DNA from: a virus
DNA: 64,000 nt
Reading direction: 5' to 3' (one strand)
IMG/VR virus record: IMGVR_UViG_3300045988_164075
Shown here: positions 24,101-37,311 of the stretch, piece after piece
How positions within the stretch are numbered: position 1 is the stretch's first letter
Layout: each line of letters starts with the position of its first letter
Notes under the pieces: generated by a model
The model's database searches: none
What the model was told of the DNA's origin: nothing
The model's input: the letters and a program-made list of their open reading frames with translations, nothing else
Position numbers and translations under genes: made by a program

Positions 24101-24337
24101 TATCACTTTACTATCTCCAGGATATGTTATAGAAGTAAGATCATCGCTACTTTCTAAAATAATAATATCAGGATCATTTTTTGAATCATTTGATGTATTG
24201 TCTAATCCAGTATTATCGTAGTTTAATTCATAATATTTATCTCTAACTCTTATATAAATTCGGCCAAAAGTATTTAATACTAAATCTTTACTTATTGAAC
24301 CTACTGTTTCTGCATTTTTATGTAAAGCATCTGCCAT
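21194..24337 (-). CDS. tail spike/fibre-type structural protein, 1047 aa
   Basis: Fragments 24020-24373, 22598-23002, 21935-22132 and 21608-21901 are in one frame, linked by TGA (24020, 21608 and others). TAA at 21194. The likely start is ATG 24337 (MADALHKNAETVG), because 24373 sits in the terminator T-run. Confidence 0.6.
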
Positions 24338-24385
24338 AGAATTTTTATTTATAAATTTTGTACAAAAATACAAAATATTTAAATA

Positions 24386-24421
24386 AAAAAAAAGTTAAGA
24401 ACGAATTCTTAACTTTTCAAA
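24386..24421 (-). terminator. rho-independent terminator
   Basis: A stem of 12 bp or more centred on gaattc, followed on the minus strand by a run of nine T. Confidence 0.7.
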
Positions 24422-24424
24422 TAA

Positions 24425-24724
24425 TTATTCTTTAGGCTGTTCCTTTTCTTTTAACTGCTCTTCCAGTTCTGCTATTCTAGCTATTAATTCTTTATATTTC
24501 TCTTCTGTAACATTTTCTTGGGAGTTTCCTTTTACAGATTGAAATAAATCGTTGTATTTTTCATACAATTGTTTCTGTTTGTTTACTGATTCAAACATTA
24601 TTCGATAAGAATCTACTTGAGATTTTAATTTAGTTTCTAAATCATCTCGTCTTAAATATATTTCTGTATCTCCGTCTTTTACAGATGTAGGAACATAGTG
24701 TTTTTCAATCACATTTTCCATCAT
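24425..24724 (-). CDS. coiled-coil protein, 99 aa
   Basis: Intact ORF with a TAA stop and a terminator directly downstream. Confidence 0.7.
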   Translation of the reverse strand: MMENVIEKHYVPTSVKDGDTEIYLRRDDLETKLKSQVDSYRIMFESVNKQKQLYEKYNDLFQSVKGNSQENVTEEKYKELIARIAELEEQLKEKEQPKE

Positions 24725-24845
24725 AATATAAAAAGTTAAAAGGTTAATAAATATTATTACATATATGTAATGTTACAATTGCACTACAAATATAGAAATA
24801 ATTTTATCAACCCTTTTGCTTAAGTCAAAAAATATATTATGTTTT

Positions 24846-25175
24846 TTATAATTTTTTTATATAAAAATCTAATTCAGTCGAAAACACATCATAATCATTT
24901 CGAAAATTAGGATCATTAAAGTATAATTCTTTTGCTTTATTACATCAATATACTACACTCGAATGTCCACAGTTAAACTCTTTAGAAATTAAATTAACTA
25001 AATTATCCTTATCATGTTGTTTTAAACTATAAAATTTATATACTATTAATTTTTTTATATCTACAATATTACGTTTAGAACTCTTACTTAATATTTTATC
25101 TTCCGAAATTTCAAATAATTTACTACAGATACTAACTGCTTTTTTAAAAACTTGAGGAAAATATTTTTGATCCAT
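24846..25175 (-). CDS. small HTH protein resembling DnaA domain IV, 109 aa
   Basis: ORF 24945-25175 extends through TGA 24945 to TAA 24846. The stretch ...ISKEFNCGHSSVVYWCNKAKELYFNDPNF resembles the DnaA C-terminal HTH signature. Confidence 0.45.
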
Positions 25176-25204
25176 TAATACATGCTTATATATTAATAAT
25201 ACTT

Positions 25205-26935
25205 TTAGATTATTCTAGTATATCACATAGTTACTCTACTACCATTTCCTGAAATCATACTTCTAATCTCATAAATATTACCTGTACTTATTTGTCGAAT
25301 CATTAATGTTCCAGATTCATTAGTTTTCATATAAACTTCTGCATCTATCGTAACTCCCGTTGTAGTTAAAGTAGCATTGTCCCCAGATTCATTGGTAGAT
25401 TCTATTCCTGATGTTCCTCAGATAGACCATCGTCTATAATCAACTAATTCTGTTCCCGAAATCGAGTATAGCATTAAAGAAGGATTAGCATTGGCATTTT
25501 TTATCAAAGCAACTTTAATATTAGCCTCAGTAATACTTAACGAAATATTTCCAGCAGCAGAAGTAAAAGTTCCTTTTACACTAGTTGGTTTTATATTTGA
25601 TAAAAGTTTTCACGGAGCTCAAGATTCATCTATTTTTTGTCTATTCCAAATATTATCGTTTGAATCTCAAGCTAATTGATTAACTACATTAGTTTTTGTA
25701 AATACAATTAATGTCCCTGAAAGATTATTAGGAGAATTACTAGTAGATTCCTCATAAGAGAAAGTTCCAGAAGATATTTTTTCATTGAGATCAGTTGTTG
25801 TATTTCCATTTATTGGAAAATATATACTAGAAAGCTCAAGTATATTTCGGATATTTGTTTTTTCATCATCCGTTAAAGTTGAGATAGATGCGTTATATAA
25901 TGATAATTTGTCTATTTCGTAACTTTTTTCAGATTTAAATATTCCTGTTGTATTATCAAAACTATCTATTTTTATAGAATTATTTATAACATAATATACT
26001 AAAATATCATCAGTTTTATATAGATTAGCTAATACTGTTCCATTTAATGTAATATATTTAATAGCTAATGTTTCTTCGGAACTAATACTATCAAATAATG
26101 ATTTATTTGCAGTAGCATTAGTTCCTGTAGTTGTAGTATAAGTAATAACAGATAAGTTATTTTCTTTTAATTCATCTTTTGTAGCAAGATTTGAAATATC
26201 AGGTAATTCAGATTTATCTGCTTTACTTGCTAACGCATTAGTTAATTCAGAATTAGTAACCAAATCTGTTATATTAGGGATATCAGTTGTATCCGCTTTG
26301 TTATCTAATATATTTTGTAAATTTGTTATATCACTAATGACATGACTATGAATCTTATTAGCTTTATTATTTAATTCTTCTTTAGTCGCTAAATTTGTTA
26401 TGTTTGGAATTTCTGACTTATCTGCTTTAACATCTAATGTAGTTTGTAAATCAATTACATCAGAAATAGAATGTGTATGTATTTTAGAAGCTTTGCCATT
26501 CAATCTATCTACTAACTCTGTTTTAGTAGCTAAATTAGTTATATCAGGAATTTCTTCTTTAGTAACAAAATTAGTTTTATCTATAGTATAAGTTGATTTG
26601 TCTAATTTATTATCATTTAATATCTTTCCTTGATTAGCAGATAGTGCTTTACTTGCATTTTCTGTAGTTAAGTTATCTACTACTTCAACAGATTTTATAT
26701 TACTATCTACGTAATTTTTTACTGCTTTAGAACTTGGATAATGTACATCATCTGCACTATTTGTAATTTCTACTTCTTTTCTTAATATTGTTTCAAAATT
26801 AGCTATTTGAGCATTAAATTCTTCTTCAGTTCCTTTATATCCTCCTTCTTGTGCAGCTTCATAAGCAGATATTCCTGCAGTGCCAGGAAATATCTCTCAT
26901 TTTTGAGTTTGTTTATTAAAATACTTTACTGCCAT
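25205..26935 (-). CDS. tail fibre protein with internal ~36-aa repeats, 576 aa
   Basis: ATG 26935. ORF 25667-26503 is in the same frame and reads through TGA 25667. The motif IP(D/N)ITNLATK(E/T)EL...KIH(T/S)H.ISD recurs 3-4 times. Confidence 0.6.
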
Positions 26936-26943
26936 TTTGTTAT

Positions 26944-29900
26944 TTAAATTATCCCCCCTCCATTTTGATTTCAGGCGTATCCTTGAGTTTTTTCTACTCC
27001 ACTCATATCGTGTCATACAAAAGAAAAGTTAAGAGTTCTACCTGGACCTAAACTAGCATAATAAACAAATGAATTATTACCAGGTCCAGTTCCCTGAACA
27101 GTAGCTCAAGCAACATTAACAGAAAAGAACAAATAATCCTGTACATAAGTACCTGAGTATATAGTATATCCAGATTTCATTTTAGAAGTTCCTGTAGTCA
27201 TTACTGTCATAGAACAAGTACCTCCATTTCTATCTCCTCTCACAGGATTAAAAAATCCTGAATTAAAGGATGGCATCATAAGATAATTTTCTTCTTGATA
27301 AACTTTTATAGTAGCTACCTGTTGTTTTCCATTCATAATTACAGACACATTACTTGTAGTTAATAATGTATCTCCATTTGTAGCATTAGCTCCTAAACTA
27401 GGAGCAGTAACAGTGCCAGTTCTAGCATCAACATTTGTACCAGAATATGTAATCGATGCTCCTGACGTTATTGTACCACCTCCAGTAGTAGCTCCGTTAT
27501 ATCCATAAGTTTGAGAATATGATAAGTTTGGAGATACTGAACCACCTCCAGCAGGTGCATTTGGATAAGTAAAGTTAGTAATTGTTATAGGACCATAAGT
27601 TTTAGTTCCTGCACTCTGTTGAATTGTTAAATTAACGGTTTTAGTTTTTCCTTGATGATTTGCTGTAAATTTAACAGTACGTGTTTTTACCGTAGACGTA
27701 TTATTAGCAGAAACAGTAAGAATTGAACCGTTTATAGTTCATCCTGAAACATTTGTAGTATAAGTACATATTGCAGAATCAAGTATATTTTCATTTCCAG
27801 CACTATATCCTGAAGTATAAGTTACTTTTTGCGTTATACCAGTTATATAATTTGATAAATATACTTGCCCACCGCCGCCAGCTACAGAAATAGCAGATAT
27901 TTGATATGTTATATCTATATCTCCATAAGACTTACTATTAGCTTGTTGTTGAACTTTACCTGTAGTCGTTGAATTAATAGTTAATGTATTTCCTGAATAT
28001 GGACTCTTAGGAGTTCATGTATATTTAAGAGTTTTCGTAATTACAGGCGATGTTGTTACACCCGAAACTGTAGCACCTTTTGAATTTGCAGTTACTACTC
28101 CAGTAGAAGTATTAAGCGTCGCAAATGTTCCTGAAGATCCAGGTCAAGAATATGTTCTTGCCATACTGCCTGCTCCGTATGTTGCAGCAGGAGTTGTAGT
28201 TGTTGTTCCTCCTGATGTAAATGTAAAAGTTATAACATTATCACTATTCGTAGATGGACTAGAATTTCCTCCACCTGCTCCAATCTGAGTATATGTTAAG
28301 TTTTCTGTTTTATTAAATGCTACTTTTGTTACATAATTCGCTTGTTGATATATATCTACAGATTTAGTATCAGATGATACTCCATTCATTGTTATTACTA
28401 AATTTGCCTTAAGTACTACTCTCCTTGTAGTATACGTTGTACCACAAGAATTTGCTGTAACTACTCCCGTTGAAGCATTAATAGCACCCCCATTAACTGA
28501 ATTTGTACCAGTTCATTTAGCTGTAGCTCCTGATGTTAAATTAGATAGCGCTTCGGTGTAACCAGATGTATAATTTTGTGTTCTACTCTGTGTATAAGAT
28601 AATGTAGGACTTACTCCTGTTCCTGCTGCATTTATATCACTATAAGTTAAAGTATTAATAGTAGGTTTACCATAAGTAATAGATGTTTTAGCATTAGCTG
28701 CAGTATAAAACGTTGCCTGAGCTATAACTGTACCAGTTGCAGAACTCTGTCTTAAATATATTGTATAACTTTTTCGATCTCTAATTACATTATTGTAAGA
28801 AGTTTTATTTAATGTACTAGTAGTTGTACTAGAACTATTTGTATAGTTACTTTTACTTAATGATAAATAATCTGTTCCACTTAAAGTTAAATATGCAGTT
28901 CCAGTTCAATACTCTGTAGTTGCTGTTCCAACATCACCTGTACTATATACAGGAGTTTTTGTTCTTCTAATAGAACCTCAAGTAATTGTTTTAGATCCAG
29001 CTCCAGCGGGTAAATCTCCAGATGGAACAGTTAACGTTCCAGTTCAATTTCCATAATTATAACTTACTATTTCGTTAGCAGCTTGAGTTAAAGTTAGTGT
29101 AGCATTGGCAGAAATACTAGAATTTGAATATCTTAATGTAGCAGTTCTAGCTGCTCCAGCTACTGTAGTTCTATCTGCTGCAGTAACTTTTACTGCATAA
29201 TTATGATAAGAAGACTGAGCTATACTAAATCCAGTTCCAGATATTGTTCATATATTACCTGGTGCAACAGTTGTATCAAAATTAGTACTTTCAGATGTAT
29301 AAGTTAGATGAGCATAATACCCATCAATAGTTTGTCCTCCAACTGCAAACGTTGTTGTTTGATTTGTAGAATTTGCGTTAGTAATACTAGTTGCAGTTAC
29401 GGCATTAGCTTGTTGATAAACTACTATTGTATCTGTGTCTGTACTTGTAAGAGTATCTCCTCCAACTGAACTTGGATTAGTAAATTTTAAAGTTAAACTA
29501 GCGTTTACGCTAATACTTCTACGTGCCCCAATCACTGTAGTTCTGTTATCTCCAGTAACTATACCGCTAGAATTTACAGACATTCCTGTTGCAGAACCAC
29601 TATACGTTCTACTCACTACTGTTTGTGCTCAGAGACTATTAACTTCTGAATCAGCAGAGGTTTTTACAGTTTCCGATGAAAATACATATTTACATGCTCC
29701 TCTACCTTCAGGATTCTTAGTACCACCTTTAGCTGGAATATCACCTGCAGGATATGTTAAATTCGTTGTATAACCTGATTGTGGTTGAGCTGTAATTGAT
29801 TCTACTTTATTTAGTGCTTGAGTTGCTTTAATATCACTTCTACTATATGACCCTGTTTTAGTACCACCTAGCGTATAATTAGCAGAATGTGTTCAAGTAA

Positions 29901-32900
29901 GAGTAAACGTTCGAGTTATAGGATTTGACTGAGTTGCAGCAGATATTGTATAGCCCTTAGATGATACAACTACTTGACTACCAGCCATACCTGTAAAAGT
30001 ACCTGTCGGAGTCATTGAATAAACAGCATTTCCGTTTAATGTACCATATGTAGAAGCTGGAGTTGCAGAAGATGTAGATCCAGATGTAAATGTAAAAGTT
30101 TGAGCATATTGTCCTCCTCCCTGTGCAGCGTACGTGCCACCTTTAGCTGGAATTGTAGGATAGGTAATTGTTTCAGTACCTTGAGCTACTGCTATATTTG
30201 TTACATAATTAGCTGCTTGTGGTGGTTGAGCAAATACTTTAACTGTTTTCCCATTTAAAGTAAGATTTATTTCTGTTACTCTTCCTCTATGATCTGCAGT
30301 ACTAAGAGCACATAAATTATCTATATTAATAGTCATATTAGGAAGTGTTCAAGCCCCCGTAGAAGTATTAAGTCCAGTACTACTAATGCCTGCTTCTAAT
30401 ACTGTCATATAAGCTAAATCAACTGTGAGTGGATTTACTTCTGTTCCTGGGTTTCCATCACGTAAACTAAAAAAGAATACAGAACTTACAGTTCCTGTAC
30501 CATAAGTAACTTTTGCAGTATAATTCTGTCAATCTCCAGTACCCTGTGAGGATGTTAATCATTCAATAGTGCCTCCTGTACCTAAAGAATTATAACCTAA
30601 TTGAAATCTATAACCTTTAGGTACTTTTGCAACAAATGTACAATAATAGGTGTTGCTGGCAAGTCCAGTATAAGACATACCAAATCCTCCTAAATTAGGA
30701 TTTGTTCCAGAACCTTTGTTTTGCCAACGCATTATATATCCTCCGTTTACTGAAACGGGATTTGTTGCAGCAACTCTCGTTAAAGTACACTTGCCAGAAT
30801 TAGCATTATCATATACGAATACATTTTTTACATCTACTGTAAATGCAGGATTAGCTAATCACGGTTGAGATAACCTAGCAACAGGCGAAACAACTAAAGA
30901 CTGTTTATATGTAATAGTTGCTCCAGATGTAATATTATTAGTTGCTCCAGATGTATATGTAGTAGATTGCGAATAACTAACTGTTGGTACTCCAGAATCT
31001 CCACCATTAGCAGGAACAACTTTAGTATATCGAGCAAATACACTAGGTGTAGAATACGTAGCATTATTGGCTTGTTGTTGAATTGAATAAGCTAAACTTG
31101 CATTTCCATAAGAAGCAGTTCCTGTAGCAGTTAAAATGGTTCCTACTGTAGTTCCTCTAGAAGGAGCAGTAATCTTATTACCAGATAATGTTCATCCGTT
31201 TGGAGTAGAAGTAGCAGATAATATAGGAGTAACAGAAATACTACTTGTTGCTGTAGAAGATCCGTTTCAATAGGTATTATAAGTACCGCCTATTGTAACA
31301 CTTCCGCCAGAAGCAGGAATTGTTGTAATTCCACTTAATACTAATTCGTATCGAACTGTTCCAGCAGATTGAGTTATAGTAACTTGAGCTTCTTTTCCAT
31401 CATAACTAACTTTATATATTCCAGATCTAGTTGTTGTAGTTTTATTCTCATCAAAAGTTATAACTCTTTCAGATAATGAACCAGTTCCACTTATTTTACT
31501 AAATGTAGCTAATGAATTAATGTCTATTGTTTGAGTTTCACTAGAAGAATTTGTTTGATATCAATCACTACAAGTTCCATTAGAAAAAATAGCTCTTTTA
31601 TATGTAATACTTCCTTTAGTTTGAGTAGCAGTAGCAGATAAAGCTACAGTACCTCCTGTATTAGCTATATTTGTTGTAGGTGATTTAGTAATATTTATAG
31701 AAGTAGTAACTCAATCTTCACTAGTTTCTGTTTTTTCTTCTTCTGATATTTTATAATAAAATCCGTTTCATGCAGCTAAATCAAATAATGGAGATATATC
31801 TCCTTCACAAATTCCGCAAGAATAAAATTGTACTGTACCTAAAATGCTATTAATTCCAGCTGCATAATTATCTTTGAATACACGATCGTTTCTGACATTA
31901 TAATACAAATATCATCCGTTTCCTAAATCAATTTTCTTATCGTTAATTGTAGGAGATAGTGTAGCATTTGTAGCTGTTCACTGACTAAATATTCAATTAT
32001 TTCCGTTATCTTTTACAACTATCCACATTGAAGTGGTTTTATCATTTAAACTAGCTAAATTAGTATATACACCTTCGCTAATACTTCATTGATAATTTCC
32101 TGTGCCATTAATACGTTCGTATTGTACAACTTTACCCATAGAGTCATCGTCCACAATAGATCAGTTACCTTGAGTGCCACTTTTTCAATTAGTATTAAAT
32201 TCTTCAGACATTAATTGAGCACAACCATCTGGTTTATATACTAAACTTGATCCACAAAAATAAGGAATATTTCTACATAAACCTTGTAAATTTACAAAAT
32301 TATCTGTAAACGGCAAAACATTTTGAGCAGTTCCTGTTCAATTTAAAAAATATCTATGATCACCTTCAACTCACTTAGCATTTCTTAAATAATAAAATGT
32401 ATTCCGATTATTTACATAAAAAGTTATATTACCTCTAGAAGAATGCTGGCAAACAGCTCAATATTTAACTCAACGATTTAAACGATCCTCACTAACTGTA
32501 AGATCACCTGCTAACATTGTAGAGTTTTCCATTGGAACTTTAAAACTAGTTGTTCCATTACTCTCAGGTACATATGCTTCTCAACAAATAGTATATGGTG
32601 TATTAGGTTTAAATTCTAATCCATTAAGTTCTAAAGCATCTCTAGCATTCATTCATGCACCATTAGTTTTAATACATGAAATTTCAAACGTGGTAGTATC
32701 AAGTTCTAATATATCATTAGCAACACCTATACTAGCTCAATATTCTACATTACCGCCCCGAGATTGATTTCTAAGTATATTAAAACCTGGTCCATTTAAT
32801 CCGTATGCATCATAAATATCAAAATCATATTCTCCCTCAACTACTTTATATCAAAGTAAAGTTACATTTTGAGCTGGGCCTCCATTAGTTTCACTAGGAA

Positions 32901-33192
32901 AAGAGTATGCTGTTATTCAAGTATCTAAATTAGAAGGATCTGGAATAAATGTACCTTGTTTTACAACAGGCGTTGTAGAATTAAAATACAATTCACACTG
33001 TTTAGATTGATTTGAAGAATACATAGATATCATTAACTGACCATACCCATCTAATTGTTCTTGACTACAATATCCACATGCTATAAACGTATATGTTTGA
33101 CCTTCCTTTAGCTTTCCTAAAACTTGTCCTCCAAATCCATATTGAGCAGAAGTTATTTGGGTTCTATAATCTACAATTAAATCTCCTGTCAT
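26944..33192 (-). CDS. giant repeat-rich tail fibre/adhesin, 2082 aa with TGA read through
   Basis: Fragments 32917-33192, 29893-30336, 29248-29616, 28144-28389 and 27106-27348 all share one frame (ends are 0 mod 3). Every checked break is TGA. TAA at 26944-26946. Confidence 0.6.
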
Positions 33193-33209
33193 ATTTTATA
33201 TGTATTAGA

Positions 33210-33239
33210 ATTGTAGTGGGCATAATTACCCACTACAAT
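33210..33239 (-). other. 11-bp intergenic hairpin between two fibre genes
   Basis: attgtagtggg pairs with cccactacaat. No T-run follows on the minus strand, so it is not clearly a terminator. Confidence 0.4.
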
Positions 33240-33240
33240 A

Positions 33241-35598
33241 TTATTGTCATTCAAATTTCTCATTAGTCAGTTCATTTAACTTAGTAGTTAACTGTTGAAC
33301 TTTTAAATTAAGAGCTTCAACTTCTAATTCTAATAAGGATTCTTTATCAATATATAATAATCCATTTTTCTTAGTTACTAGCTCAGGAAATACTTTTTGA
33401 ACATCTTGGGCAATTCTACCTATTGCAAAAGTCCCATCTTTCTTATAATTTCAAGAACGAAGTGGACTTATATTAAGTGATTTATATATATAATTACGTT
33501 GTACGTCTTTAATGTTTGTTTTTAATCGAATGTCAGATGTTGTAAAATTAACTCCCTTATATATTTGATTCGCAGTAAAATTACCTTTATTATCAATAGA
33601 TGCTATACATCCAACTTCACTATTTTTGAATATGAAACCTCTGCCTGCATTATTATTAATGCTAAAATATATAGCGTGATCTCCAGTTACTGTTCCGTGA
33701 GTACCATATGTTGCAGTTGGCCCAAAGTACATTCCGTAAGTAGGAGCTAAAGGAGCACTATTTTCTATTAAACTAATACCGTATCCTTCAGGAGAAATTT
33801 GAGAAACGCAAAATCCTTGGCTAGCTTTCATTCTAGCAGTAGTAGTTAAAGCACTTGCAGAAGTTATGGCACTTCCATCTCATAATAAATAATTATTAGT
33901 AGTAAATGAACTGCCTTTGCTAAAATAAATAGTAGGATTATCAGTAGTACAATGTATACTAATACTATTTCCTGTAACAGCTATTCCTTGATCACTAGAA
34001 TTTCATGCGGTTTTATTTCCAGTAAATAATTGTTTAGAATATATTAAATTAAATCTTAGACTTGAACTTCCAATATTAAGTGTACTAGTAGTTGAAGGAA
34101 TAATATTACCTACATCTGAGAGATTTCCACTGACATTATTTGAACCATCAAAAGATTGTCCTCAAAGTGTTTTAGCAGAAGATAATTTAGTTGCACTACT
34201 AGCATTTCCACTGAAAGAAGTAGCGGTTACGCTTCCTACAAAAGTTATATTTCCTGTAGAATCTAGTACCGCTAATTGTGATCCATCAGCATCCTTAATA
34301 TAGAAATTAAAATTATCAGCAAACTCTATTGATCCAAGATTTCCCTTACTAATATTACTAAATTTTATTCCAGCAGATGCTGCGGTATCTCTATTAATAG
34401 TTAATCCATTAGTTTGAGTACTATTAATAGTTATATCTCTTGAACGAATTTCAAAATTAGTATTTAAGTATGCAATATTATCTTCCTGTGTATAATTTCA
34501 AAATCAATCAACTCCATTTTCAACTCTATCAGATTTATAAAAATTTAATCCAATATTATTATTTGTGCCTCCAAAAACAGCAGTATTACCATTAGCTAAT
34601 TTTATTCCAAATAAACTAGTATAATTAGATTCTGTTAACGGAGCTACTAGAGCAATAGTATAATGATCCCTTCCATTTATAAGAGTACTAATATTGCCAG
34701 TTAAAGTAATTGCTTTATCACCTGTTGAAAACGTTTTCTTACCCGAAATTGTTTGCTCTGTAGCTAGAGTTACATAAGTATTGTTATGATTATGATCTGA
34801 TCTAGATGCAGTAGATGCGGTATCATTTCCAGTTACTGTATTAGCTAGAGCAATCGATGCAGAAATTTCTACATATTGCGTTCCTCCTCACCGATAAGTT
34901 TTATTAGTATCTTTTGCAACATATATTTTTCCCGATTCTCCTGTAGGTGGAAAATCGCTAAACGAATCATATTCTAATACATCATCAACAAAAGATGGTA
35001 GCTGGCTAGAAGGAACTAAACCACTACTATCTAATGATGCTACTCCATTAGCTACTCCAATTTTATTATTTGGAATAAAATCTAAATTTAAATCGTTTTC
35101 TAATTGTGATAAGCTTGTTAAATTTTCTGTATCATATACAATTGCGTTACTAGTACTATATGGACGTGATACTTCTAATCCTGCATCTGCAACATTGATT
35201 ACAGTTCCGTTTATATTATCAGTATTTTGACCTACATGTACCTTAGAATCAATAATATTTAATAAATTTTTTTCTCCATTTATTGTCGAAATGGTTATTA
35301 TATTGTTTATATCTTTTACAAAATTAAGAGTTCCTGTCATAGTTCCGCCAGCTAGCGGTAAATAATCCGCTAGCTGTGAAACTGTGGCATGTCCTGCAGA
35401 ATTAATCAGTTCTTCTACTAAGTTTTGATCTACACTACATTTATATTCTTTACCTCTAGTACAAATAGTTGGACCTTCGTCAATAAATGAAATACAACTT
35501 TCGAATTCTTCTAAAGTTCCGTCTGTTTCATTACGACTCTTTTCAGCATCATAAGAGGCTTTAGTTGTAAAATGTAAAAAACTTATATCTAATGCCAT
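33241..35598 (-). CDS. tail fibre/spike with C-terminal intramolecular chaperone (peptidase S74-type) domain, 785 aa
   Basis: ORFs 34888-35598 and 33451-33831 share a frame, linked by TGA (34888, 33451). The C-terminus TSDIRLKTNIKDV...W-NYKKDGTFAIGRIAQDVQKVFPELV...LLELEVEALNLKVQQL matches the S74 chaperone signature. Confidence 0.65.
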
Positions 35599-35615
35599 TT
35601 ATTTATATTTTAATT

Positions 35616-37295
35616 TTATACAAAATCAACTCACTGAAACATTGAAGTTACATATTCTTTCACATCATTAGCTTCAACTAATCCGTTTTGTTCAGAACTA
35701 GCTGTAGTTATACTTTGTATAGTAATTGATCCAGTTAGATTTTGAGTTGTTCCACTTTTACTATTAGCAGTTAATGTTAAATAATTAGAACCACTTGCAG
35801 TAACACTTTGTAAAGCAGTATCTGCTTTGTTTCCTTGTGCTGTAGTAGCTACTCCAATAACATCAGCACGTAGTTCTTTTTCTGCAATCGTTAAATTAAC
35901 TGCTGGAGACGTTGCAGCTTGTCTATTACGTAATGTAATTACTCCTACTGCTCCACCAATAGACTGGACACCTGTACTTGCAGCAACATCAATTTTATTT
36001 TCTAGTTTAGATATAGCTTTATTAATTGTATCTGTTGCAACAATAGAACTACTCTCAGTTCCTTTTTCATATCCAGTTAGAGCTATATCACTTCCTTTTA
36101 AAGTTATATTTTGATTTAGAGATAATCCATTTACCTTTCTTGTAGTTGGAACTTTATTATTAAGTTCAGATTGCAGATTATTAATTTTACTAATTGAAAG
36201 ATTTGGAATATCTGTCTCAAGTATAGGTAACTTTGTTACTTCAATTAACCCGTTTGTTTGTGTAACAGACCTTACAAATCCACTATCTTTATCTGCTACC
36301 GTTAATTCAGCTAATTTAACATCTATTTGATTATCAACTTCTGATACTGTAGTTGCTGCTTCAGCAGTTGTTTTAACTGCTGCTAATTGTTGAGATACTG
36401 TTGATTCTGAACTAAATCCACTTCCAAGTTTAGTATCAATATCTGTAACAGATTGCTTAGTAGCAATTGTAGAGGTGTCAACTGAAATTACGTTTTTACT
36501 AATGGTAATGCCTGAGCCAGCAGTATAAGCATCTACCAATGATGCAAGATCTACTTCAATATTTTCTATACCTGCATCAGTATTAAATGCAATTGTAAGA
36601 ACTTTAGTTTCAGGATCAAATGATACATTTTGTACCATTCCATCTTTAACAAACTGGGTAGCATCTATACTTGCAATTTCTACACTATCTTGCCCAGATA
36701 ATATAATCTTTTTTGTTTCAGTACTATAAGATAAAGATAATTCTGAACTTAATGTACCACCACTTAACTTTAATATTTTATCTTTAGAAGCTACACCAGT
36801 TACAGTTACTGTGGGGACTGTAATATTAACGTCTTTATTACTTCCAGGAGATACAGGTTCTCCATTAACCTTAATAGTTTCAATAACGTTTACTTGTGCA
36901 CCAGCCGCAATACCACTGAGTTTTGTTTTCTCAGTAGTAGTATAATCTTCTGTAGATAATCGTTTACCAACAACTTTATCTACTTTTTTATTTAACTCTG
37001 TATTAACGTAAGACGTATCTGCTTTTTGACTAAGAGCAGAGGCAACTTCTGTTGCAGAAGCTACATCTGATAAATCTAAATCAATAACTGTACCGTTAGC
37101 GTTAGTAATAGTTAGATGTTTTGTTTCTTCATTTCAATGAGCATCTCTAACTCCACCAAAAACATCAGTTGCGGTTTCACTTTTTGCTATTTTAATTAAT
37201 CCAGTCGAAGTTTCAAAATAAATACGTCCAGGTATTAAATTTAGTGAAGGTACCGTTGTTAACTTAGAAAAACTTAAATTAGTTGTATTTGCCAT
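35616..37295 (-). CDS. tail fibre protein, 559 aa
   Basis: ATG 37295 (MANTTNLSFSKLTTVPSLN...). ORF 35631-36638 is in frame. TGA at 35631 is followed by four more codons and then TAA 35616. Confidence 0.6.
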
Positions 37296-37311
37296 TTTAA
37301 TAAAAAATTAC

